Source of the DNA: Psilocybe cubensis
Taxonomy: Eukaryota
Reading direction: 5' to 3'
Assembly: GCA_017499595.2 (NCBI GenBank)
Contig: CM039007.1
Span: 1,984,001-2,048,000, forward strand
Length of the DNA: 64,000 nucleotides
Position numbers and translations under genes: made by a program. Under the pieces are notes generated by a model. That model searched no databases. It saw nothing but the letters and a program-made list of their open reading frames with translations, and was not told the DNA's origin. Position 1 is the stretch's first letter, and each line of letters opens with the position of its first letter. Of the stretch, positions 26,100 to 36,529 are shown piece after piece.

Positions 26100-27076
26100 T
26101 AGTTGAGGACAATCAAAGACATCAAATTTTGTATCTCAGGAACGCGAATTTTCTGGCAAAAACTAACGACGGATTCAAACTCGGACGGTCAAATAGCGTC
26201 TAAAAACACACTTTTCGTAAAATTCCCACGAGGTTTTGACCACCGCCAAATTTTTTGGCCAAAATTTTTCAAAATATAGTCATGTTACTTGGTACCGGGC
26301 AGCTCGGCGACTCCAAAATTTACCACAAATGACTCGCTGAAAAATCGGCGGGCCTACTTTTGCTTTCTCACTGCCCATGCCGATGTACTCGCCGTCAAAT
26401 CAAGATGAGCACCCGTAAAACGCCAGGAGCAATTGATGAAACAACGAATATTTTTGGTGGAACATCCTTTGGAAGTGCTTCAAGATGTGTTTTTTTGCTC
26501 AGATTCTATATCCTAGCTGCTTCTTGAAATGTCTTCTTTTCAACTTCACAATAGCAGTATTGCACAGTCATCCACAGCACTATAGACATAGTTTATGAAT
26601 ATGAATAGCCATAGCTAAAAAGTATAATAGCTTGCCAGTTCTACAGGGTTCAATTTGCAACAGAATTTTCGCTCAAAATGCATTCATGGCCTTTAGAGAA
26701 AAGAAGATTGAGGAAGTTATTGTTTTTGGCCGGAAATGTTCCTCATTTGCCTGGGTGGTCTGCCGTTAGGTGGCATCTTGCCGAATTTATTTAAGCGGAA
26801 CGGCTCGATAATTTTTTTTGATATTTCAGGCGCGAACCCAGAATATCAAAAGCTATCTAAAAATGAATTTTTCGAGAATTTAGCGAATTTTTTTGACCAC
26901 CGCCAAATTTTTTGGGAAATTTTTTCCAAAAAAGTTGAATCTGAAAAATCTGCTCGTGCAAATCGTTTAATTAGACGTAGTATTACCTATTAAAACAGTT
27001 TCGAGGCACCCTACATGTGTGTCATAGACTACATAATTCGTGCAAAAAAATTGATGTCTTTGATTGTCCTCAACTG
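26100..27076. mobile_element. Non-autonomous Tc1/mariner-type DNA transposon (MITE), 977 bp
   Basis: ~26-bp TIRs (t/c)agttgaggacaatcaaagacatcaa at 26100-26125 and 27051-27076, with TA on both flanks (26098-26099, 27077-27078). Internal direct repeat ttttgaccaccgccaaattttttgg; no transposase ORF. Confidence 0.9.
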
Positions 27077-29294
27077 TAGACCTTTGGCCTTGACCCTTGT
27101 CATTCGATCGCGTGGTTGCCGTGTGAGTTAAGATGAACTACCGTCTGACGTGAGAAACCGTCTGACTTCAGTTCCGAAATGTTGACGTCGAGCATTGAAT
27201 TGGATGACAAGGGATAGTCCGAGCACATTGGCCATTATGTAACAAGAGACTATCGGTACGCGGAGGATGTAAAGGCGCGCTTATTACGCGTATACAAGTG
27301 ACAGTGAGTAGACGAGAAGACCAGTCATTTCGGACGAGAAGTGTTGGTAAACTTCCGTAATGTGTCGATACTGTCCTGTACAATGTTCACTGCAATGATG
27401 GACTAATCTCATTACATTGAAGGAAATTTTCATGATGGGATATCCATAGGAGGTCTACACACCGCCGTCACAGTTCTGTCTCGTGTCTAGTAGAAGGTCT
27501 ACACACCGCGCGCGGTACTCAGCTTCCGTGACAGCTAAAGGTTTTGCCCAGCACATCGCATTGCAGTCTAATTCTATTGTACTGTACCTTACGTACTTGG
27601 CACCGAGAGGAGTTAGTCATATCATTATACTCCCGACGATATACATCATTATGGATCATTTTACCGTTAAACTGGACACTCTATACCATTTAGCATTGTC
27701 GATGTTGTGAGAGTCATACTGGGAATACCTTTTCGACGACAAGGATCAGCATCACTGCTGTGCTGATACCCTTCCATCAACAATCAGCATAAACCAGTTG
27801 CCGCTATCGCTTTACTACCTTTCTACCTTCCTGTTTGTCGTGCACGCGGCTCCCAATCTATCCGCTTCCCAACTGCGATGACATTATCGATTTGACTACT
27901 CATTCCGTCCATCGTCTATCATCGATTCCTAACAATGCGGTACTGTGCTGTGATGTCCCGTTGCGGAGGCAGTACTGACGCGCCTTGATAATGTTCGGTC
28001 CTCTGTGCCACCCGGACGTGGTGCGCCGCGGCTGATTAGTAAGTCACGGTTTGTCATCGTCTTTCTGCTATTGCTGACTCTGACACGACACCTGTTGTCC
28101 AAGGAGCACCCCACGGAGAATGCACTTGACGACGGATCGCGCCACGCTAGCATGCTGGTCAGGTGAGTCTCAGCCTCTTACATGTCACCCAGCACAATAC
28201 TGGGATACGACGTGGCCTACCGCGCCCGACTCACAGTCGAACTGCGTGTTATTGAACATGGGACGCGTCGTTAACCCGAATGACCAGTAGAAAAGATACG
28301 TACCCTATACGTCCTTTGTCTCCTCGCATGATGATTGACTTTGCATCCACACCTGTAGGTCAATAAACACGTTACTGCCTATACACGGATCTCCGTCTGA
28401 TTACCGTCATCACCAACAAGCCCAGTCTGACCAGTTGAGGGATGGGTGGAAGGACACTGCAATTGCTGTGCTTGGTGGGATTAGCAGATACGGGTAGGGT
28501 GACTAGATAGTGATTAATTATACCAGCTGATCTGCACGAACCTTGACATTCCCGACGCGACTTCCAAGCTGCGGCGCAGCACACATTATCGAGTATAGTA
28601 AGTGAAGTGGACTAACTGAACAGTCCATCAGCAGTGGTGGAAAACGGCGACAGACACTCAACGGGTAGGGTTCTGAGTGGGTGTTGAGGGTATGGAATGC
28701 AGGTGTATACCTGCCATGCTGAGAGACCGAGTCCAGTATCACTAACATAATACAGGTACACCTCCGTCAGTCATGACCGGACGGCGCTGAACAGACGATT
28801 GGCGGTGTTCTGAGTGTATTAGGGAGAGTGGTTTGGTATGTAATGCAGGTGCATACCAGATATGTCTGCAGTGTCCATTTATACACACTGACCCGTTTAT
28901 CGTCCAGTATACGGTCGCGGGTCGAGTCCACGCGGGTGTATCGTTGAAGTTTTGAAGGATGTGTTAGCGATGGTTGGTTGTAGTACATCCAGGTACGTAC
29001 CGCTGGTGTCTGTTGTGTAGCCCACATCCATATAGACTAACCCGCGCAGAGCTCGTTTATATTGTCCGTCGAAACAATACTACCGTACGATTCGAGTCCA
29101 TGTAAATGTTTTTAGAGCCTTGAAGGGGACTGGTGGTGTCTTGTTGGAACCTTGAAGAGGGGTGGTGGTGATGGTGACGGTTGAAGGTGAAGTGGACATT
29201 TCCATTTGCAGCGGCACGCTCGTCGCTTTGCCATTCAAGTCCGGTTACCAACATTTTCGAATCACGTCAGCTTTTGGCTCCAGGTTTAAGGTGC

Positions 29295-30400
29295 TCATCC
29301 CACTGAATACGCCTGGTCTACATCAGCAGTAGCGGCCCAAGACTGGACCAAGACTTCCCTAAGACATCCAACGAGCACGAGAATGAACTGCAACACACCA
29401 TCGACGGTGCATATCAGATATGAAGGCATGGCATCGTATGTGCCTGGTACAATCTGGGTGTTTGGAGAGGGAAAAATTGTTGGGTCAGCATACGGTCATG
29501 GATATGGGGATGATTGGAAGTGGCTTTAAAGGGAGCGACGTGAAGAGAGATTATCATTGAATCATTCACCTTTCCATCCTGCACGAGCACAGACACTAAG
29601 ATTTCGTCTGGATCACCGACGCGTCCCAGTACTTGAATATTCCGCTGATCTATTCACCGCACATACATAGGCGAAATAAACATGAGTTTTGACCCGTATT
29701 TAAGTGGGGTCTCGGTTCGAAGAACTGAAATAGGTTTAAGGAATGGAAGCAAAGAGACCTACCGCCAATATGCATCCAGCCATTCCCATGGGCAATAGCG
29801 GCATCTCTCCGAATATCGTCTTGTCCCTGTTCAAGTACAGTTTGGATGGTGATGTGCAGGAACGAGAGAAATTTGTCTGTTGCTTCATCGTATCGATATC
29901 AGAGTATCAGTTAAGAATTTTCTTGTTTTCAGATAAACAGAAAGGGTGGGGTGCAGGGCAGCATAAACCGCACCCGCCGCACTTTCTACGCGCTCAAGCA
30001 GAGAGGAAATTGAATACAAGACTTACCGTTCCCTATGAAATCATCCAACGCTGAACCCTGCCCTTCTCCATGTATTGCCCCTCCCTTCACTCCTCCTTCG
30101 ACAGTCGTCTGTACAGGAAGCCACCCAATCAATGCTTCGGAGCCCTCCCCGCCAACAGCACTAGCAGGGAAGAGTATCAAAATATGACAGTGCGAAGGCC
30201 GGGAGCACGGGTGAGAATGGCATTGGAACGGGAGTGTAATAGTAGAACAGGTCGGGCCGACGAGGGTCAGCGAATGTTATGGGATTTATTTCTGATTCCG
30301 GTTCTGGTTCATATTCGTGTTGGGTGGGGAAGTGTCGGAAGATGACGGTACTGCCCGGTCGCTGTTGTAGTATATGGCCTGCGAAGATGTTGCCTCGGTG
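29295..30400 (-). pseudogene. Frameshifted, intron-containing copy of a conserved uncharacterised fungal protein
   Basis: Exons translate FADPRRPDLFYY..PAFALSYFD (frameshift) ..LIGWLP..ALDDFIGN / DKFLSFLHITIQ..GNGWMHIG / DQRNIQVLGRVGDPDEILVSVLVQDGK / IVPGTYDAMPSYLICTVDGVLQF..*. I recognise the GWMHI..D.R..GR.GDPD.I and Y..MPSY..CT.DG motifs from a conserved fungal family. 5' end approximate. Confidence 0.65.
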
Positions 30401-30905
30401 TACGTGTATATGATATGATATGTTGCAAGGTGGTAGGTCTAGGTAGACAAGTGCTAGCCTTCCTGTACAGTGACGATCATCTTTTGCCGGTTCGAGTAAA
30501 GTCCCTTCTGAGGATTCTAAGGGTTGATGATGAAGCTTTTGGAGTGACTATGGCGTGCAATATCGTAAACGATGATTAGTGGTACTGAGATCGATGTCGC
30601 TGAGACTGAACGACAATCGACCTCGAAAAAATGGTGGAAAAAAAATCATGCTTGGGGCCCGCAGTCAAATCCGACGCGGTCCGTTTGTTTGGAATTAGCG
30701 TCAGTAGTAAACATGCCCCTATTTTATAATTCACGGTGACACCGTTCGACACCGGCAATGCCAACGACTGTTTGGCAGAGTATACAAATCATACTTTTCA
30801 GAGAGGTAAAATGCATGTTATTGAATATTGTTGTAAGGCATGGGATTAAGCAATTCGTAGGTATGAAATTGGATTTTGTAAGGCATGTAATTAAGCAATT
30901 TGTAG

Positions 30906-30907
<2 letters not shown>

Positions 30908-30956
<49 letters not shown>
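30908..30956. repeat. Poly(A) tract (~49 nt), with a second ~19-nt tract at ~30989-31007
   Basis: Directly visible. Confidence 0.95.
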
Positions 30957-30957
<1 letters not shown>

Positions 30958-31819
30958 ATAATCAGGTATTGAGGATTAGAATACAACTAAAAAAAAAAAA
31001 AAAAAAACAGACACGCACCTTATACACTTCACAAACAGGCAACTAACTATCGCCAATGACTGAGTCGACATCTAACTCCTCCGACAATACGACAAATCGC
31101 ACAGCAGACGTAAGAGATAGGTTAGGAGTGATGTCACTGTTAAAAATGGTCAATAGCAGCGATACAACGAAGAACAAGCGTAGAAATTTAAAGGAAAGCG
31201 AAACAGTAAAGAATGGGTATTTACAGAGTCAAACGGGACAGACACAGGCCTGGAGGCTATCTCAATATAAAAGCAGACCATAAGCAACGATACATGGGTC
31301 AACAACGAAAGAGTTCGTGAAACAAAACATTGCCACACGGAAACTGCACAAGGAAAAAGAGGATCAGCGGACCGAATTTGACCGTGAAACGTATGAGTTT
31401 ATGTAAATGGTTGCAGAGACACGACCCAACGCGCCAAAATTTGGCGATTAAAAAAAAAACCACAAAACCCACTTCCTTTCAATCACGGGAATTATTTAAG
31501 TTGATGGAGGTTGCTTTGCGATCGTTCGCGATTCAGTACAAAGTACATGAGCTTCATTGCATATGACATTTATTTATTTAAACTATCATTTCACCAGGTT
31601 CAGAAATATAAGACCACGTTTGTCATGAGATACACTGTCTGTGTCAGTAGAAAACTCGATCAGTGACGCCCATGTCCCTGAGGATTCCTTCGAAACGTGA
31701 ATCTACAGTATTTGTGTCAAGCAACATGTGAAACACTCCTCTATTAGCTTCACCGCATTCCGGACAGACAGACGTTGGTATAACACCACCGCCCTTCAAA
31801 CAAATCTCCATGTTATTAC

Positions 31820-33640
31820 CGACTTCGTTGTCCGCGATGGGCAACAAGAAATGTCAGTGCATGTCAGTGCATGTAAGTGCACGTCGGCACTGACATTCAC
31901 TGACAATATAATGTCTATGCACTGACATGCACTGACATCACTTAGGATTTGTGAAAAAATTGAAGTCTGTACTTCTATACAATAAAACTATGTTTATTGC
32001 AGGATTACTTAGATGGATTTTGACCGGATTTTAAGTGTCTGGAAATCTAGTATCCTCCTAGAATTATTTTAACACTGACTGCCAAGAGTTGATGCACTGA
32101 CACATGCACTGACCGCCAAGCATTTGCACTGACTGTGCACTGACATGCACTGACGGTGCACTTACATGCACTGACGATGCACTCACATGCACTGACGGTG
32201 CACTCACATGCACTGACATAAACTGACTTTCAGTAATGGTGCACTGACGATGCACTGACATTATTTTTACCTTATAATCATGTTATCTTTTATTTCAAAC
32301 GAAGAACACAATGGTAGGTAGGTAGACTGGTATGAATTACCTCTGGTCCATCAACTGTCCCAAAGACCTGCTCAACTAGGATGCACCGATGGGACTTTCT
32401 AGTTCCCTTTCCCTTTTAGCTGTGTCATAGGGACGTCCTCCCTACTAAAAAACCGCACCCAAGCTAAGGCCAATATTTCAAAGCATTGTTGCGCCTGCAG
32501 CCAAGTATGATCCCAAATCATTGTCAAACAAGCATATTGGATCATTTATACACAGGGATACTCTGAGGCGTCTATCTAATGATTCCAGCATAATTCATTC
32601 ATTTTCCAACATCTATGCTTGATTTAGTACACCGGATCATTACTTGAAAATGTAGAAAATATATGTCTACTTCTATATCTTGTTATTTAGCCATGTCTGG
32701 CCCATAAATTCCGAGACTGTATGTTTTAATCCTCCCTAAGTTAACTTTCTCACGGCCCACGACTTTCAATCTAACAAGTAAAAACTTTGCCACCACACGA
32801 TGAACTAACCAACGCACTAACATAACCCAGGACGCACTGACACACCCTGACCAATTTATAGATGATTTGAAACATGCACTGACACTGCACTGACATCACT
32901 GCAGTTTACACTGACATTGCTGTGGTATGCACTGACATGCACTGACCGCACTGACATTGCACTGACATTTTCCAGTGCCCGTCCGCGATGTACCTACGAG
33001 CAAGCGAATGGCGATTAGAGGAATACACGTACAGAAGACACGCAGAAGAAGATATACACACAATACATACCATGGATGATAAGAACGGTTACACATGAAG
33101 TGCACGCTGGGAAGATCGAGCTGGTCGATGTAACTGGAGCACCTTGTCATAGAACACCCGAGACTCTTCTGTGTTTGTCAATTCAGCAAATTGCTTTATC
33201 CTGTCAACGATCTCCAGACGATACGATTTCGTGAGAGCTTGATCCTACGAAAGGAAAAACAACGAACAGATTAAATAGAAAGGGAAACTTACATTCTGAA
33301 TTTCACTCCTACTTTCCTTGATCGTCTTGATCAACCATTGCTTCATTAAACCGACACTCGCCACTCCATTTCGACTCAAAACTTGTAAGACTCCCAAGGA
33401 GAATCAATTGCACGTCGTCGATATGCTCCAGGATGTCCTTCAAACCAGTTTGATGTCGGTTAAGCAGCTCCGGCGTCGAGGTCAAGAACCTCAGAACAAG
33501 CGAGTATAGATGAGGACAGGCCTTTCCTTGGTACATGAGATGCTCGATAACCTCCTGCAACGCGTCGGGTGTGTTGCCTTCTTTGTCTTTGTCCATCCAA
33601 AAGCGTAGAACATCTTCATACATACCATCTTCTCCTAGAG
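31820..33640 (-). pseudogene. VPS11: Captured 3' fragment of VPS11/PEP5 (clathrin-repeat end to RING), frameshifted and interrupted by a MULE-like MITE
   Basis: GMYEDVLRFWMDKD..HLYSLVLRFLTSTPELL..(frameshift) GVLQVLSRNGVASVGLMKQWLI..EIQN / DQALTKSYRLE.. TRCS..QLDLPSVHFMCNRSYHP / YIADNEV, with two native-looking introns retained. Confidence 0.85.
31839..32980. mobile_element. Non-autonomous Mutator-like (MULE) DNA transposon, 1142 bp, with cactgacatg subterminal repeats
   Basis: Perfect 9-bp TSD gtccgcgat at 31830-31838 and 32981-32989. Imperfect TIRs gggca..aaatgtcagtgc / gcactgacattt..tgccc. Many gcactgacat copies at 31855-31940, 32070-32260 and 32835-32970. Confidence 0.9.
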
Positions 33641-33799
33641 TAACACGAGTCCGCCAGTGAAGCGGTATAGAAAAGCACAGCGATACCAAGATACCCATTG
33701 AGGTACATACCCTAATCCAAGCATGAGAAAGTCTGTACAACCTACAGTCTACATGAAATTTTAATGTCTATCATAATCACAAGAAAACAGAGGCAGCGT

Positions 33800-33976
33800 A
33801 CAAACGCTGATTAATGTAAACGACAAAATATTCTGCTTCACGTCTTTCTTCGGCTGCTCCATCACAGCCGTGTTCTGCACCAGAGACGGTGCGTGGAAGT
33901 CGAACGAGAAGAGCTCGTTTTCAGGTGCTTTGGGCTGTGCCGCCTGCGCCTGCGCGGGCGCGGGGTGGGAGTACAT
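33800..33976 (-). pseudogene. Short captured fragment resembling the middle region of a fungal ArfGAP (Age2/SMAP-type)
   Basis: ..QPKAPENELFSFDFHAPS..QPKKDVKQNILS, resembling the DLFSLDF / KKDVKQDILSLF motifs I recall from basidiomycete ArfGAPs. GC-rich island in AT-rich context. Confidence 0.45.
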
Positions 33977-34277
33977 TAGTCACAGCATAATAAGTGGACA
34001 TTGGTTGGGTGGATAGTCACAGTAATATGAACTGATAGATTGCCACGCGCTTGGAGTTTTCCGAGATTGATACTGGGCATACAGTCTAAAGAGCGCAAAA
34101 TCACCACAGACGGATAATTGGAATGAAACAGTATTCACCTTCCCATCCAGAACTCTATGACAAGGGTTTAATTTCAACAGGAAGTTGTATTATTCCACGG
34201 TGTCTAGGATTTACCCTTCAGTAGCGGGTACATAGATATTACATCAACAAAAAGTATGAATAAACCATATAACATGT

Positions 34278-35591
34278 TCAAGAAAGGTCAAGGAGATGAT
34301 TACCGAACTGTCCGTCTAAAATAGCGTCTTCCATAGTTGGGGGGATATACGCCAGCGCCATCTCCTCGAGAAAAAAACCAGCTTTCAGTTCCCCAGGGAC
34401 GATAGGGATAAGATCATCGATCCCCTAAAAACTCGTCAACTGAATCCCAAATTCAGACGAACAATGTCATACTTTGTTACATGTACCGTACAATTGCTTG
34501 TACCCAAGAGACACCAGAAGGGCGTCTGCTTTGCATTCCACGTACCGATTCAGGTCGTCTAATGGAATGTCTATCTCGGAAAGGTCCAGCAAATCTATAA
34601 TATTCAGCATGCTAATCAGACACGGACCATTAAAAAACAAACCATTATCATACCACTGCCGAATTTTTTTTCGATTTTAACAATGGTCCCGACGAATTCG
34701 TTGACAAAACTGGTTAACGGACGCCTTTTCAAATGATAAAAAAGCAGCGAGACAAAGTCTACATGACATTCCCTGTCATTGAAGATCCGGGTGTAAGTAG
34801 ATACCATAGTTGGGAGGTAATCTTTGCCAGAAAACCATTGTAGAAGCCGGGACAGAGAAATACCAAATATTCCTTGAATGAATATAAAAACGAGCAACCT
34901 CTCAGAGAAAGGATACACGGAAGATCTCGTCCAAATATTCATAAATTTTTCCTTTGGACGCAAGAGTTCCCATTCATCGACGCAATCGTCCATTCGAATT
35001 CCTGTGAGACCGTGCGTAATCTTGGCCATCGCCTCCTGGTGGACGTTTTCACTGTTAGAACGTTGTTAATCGAATCCTGAGATAAATCCATGTATAAAAA
35101 ATTCACACCCACTTGACCGACTGGAAACTGAAATAGCAATGTGCTTCTGGGACTGTAATTTCTTTGGAGATTATATCCAATAGTCGCTTATGTATCCCAT
35201 GAGAAGCAATAGAAAGTTTGAAAAAGAAGATGCCACCGCATCGTTGTTGGAATGACAGACACTCAGTCCAATCCTTAGAGTCACGTGATAAACCAGCACA
35301 ACGTGCTTCCCATAACGTCGTCACAGCATGCAAGTATGCTTTCCAAATCTGAACAGGGCAGTTCCAAGGCAATTCAAACAAAGTTAGTCCCGAAGGAAAA
35401 AATGTTACATTAACAACAACACCTTAATGTACCGAATGGGAAAGAGAACAAAACGCCGCGAATCCTTAGCGAGTAGTCGCTCCTGCGCATCAAGAATAAG
35501 AATTCGAGCGGGAGAGAACCTATGAATCTCTATCATAACATTACAAACACAACAAACCGCGACATTTGAGGCGCTCACCAAGATTCGCCAT
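34278..35591 (-). CDS. RNR2-like: Divergent ribonucleotide reductase small subunit (R2/beta) homologue lacking the radical Tyr and several di-iron ligands (pseudo-enzyme)
   Basis: Exons 35591-35579 (tentative), 35529-35423, 35348-35113, 35051-34654, 34594-34473 and 34424-34278. All introns are GT..AG and phases are consistent: 1023 nt = 340 aa with no internal stop. Motifs ERLLAKDSRRFVLFPIRY, IWKAY..LSRDSKDW, EITVPEAHCYFSFQ, ENVHQEAM, FSERLLVFIFIQGIF, NDRECHVDFVSLLFYHLKRRP, YVECKADALLVSLGYKQLY, KAGFF follow eukaryotic R2 order. Confidence 0.85.
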
Positions 35592-35715
35592 AACAATGGA
35601 GCTGTGAACTTGCGCACACTGACTCTGTCTGACGACCTGACCTTAAATCTACGTCGCGGTTTACACATAAAGAGACTCAGAATGCAATACACCGTCACTT
35701 ACAACACGAGCTAAG

Positions 35716-36116
35716 ACTTGCATACATCATCACGTAAACATAAGCACGTACACTTCCTCCCACGATGGGTAAAAGTGCTGGCTAGTTAGCGTGATAGTTG
35801 CTATTACTCATATGATCTGACAACCAAACAAAATAACAACACACGGCGGACAAAGTGTTGCTTACTTGGTGTTACGTGAGCAGTTCGTGACTGGACCCAA
35901 TTAAACACAAGCTAAGTGACAGTAATACTTGCATACGTCATCACGTAAACATAAACACGTACACTTCCTCCCACGATGGGTAAAAGTGCTGACTAGTTAG
36001 CGTGATAGTTGCTATTACTCATATGATCTGACAACCAAACAAAATAACAACACACGGCGGACAAAGTGTCGCCTACTTGGTGTTACATGAACAGTTCGTG
36101 ACTGGACCCAATTAAA
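35716..36116. repeat. Tandem duplication of a 190-bp unit (period 211 bp) between the R2-like gene and the Rep-helicase
   Basis: acttgcatac..ggacccaattaaa at 35716-35905 and 35927-36116, differing by only a few substitutions. Confidence 0.95.
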
Positions 36117-36529
36117 GAATCATTGAACGAATTTCAGTAACAGTACCAGATACCATACACAGACAAAACTCTATATAAACGAGTACACCCTATTTAAATA
36201 AGACAAAAGACCAGAACAGATAAAATCAACACCAACGCCCCGACAGACCCATTTCCAGATATATTGAAGAATGGTGAGCGCTTACAAAAACTTATAGTAG
36301 AACTATCTGTCAAATTACACAACGCAGACCACTTATATTAACACACAAAACACGGTATCGTCGTTGAAAGCGTCGACTCTGCAACGCGGTAAGTAATCGT
36401 TTTACCTATGGGAATTATCGCTGATGAAAAATTCGATTCGTCACCTTGTATCCAATTCAAATCTGGTTAAACTTGAAACTTGATATTAAATGAATTTAAA
36501 TTGACACGGATTAATTCCGATTTCACGCG

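Noticed and set aside
30908-31007. Poly(A) tracts as a retroposon tail
   Set aside because: No TSD or upstream LINE/processed-gene sequence could be identified.
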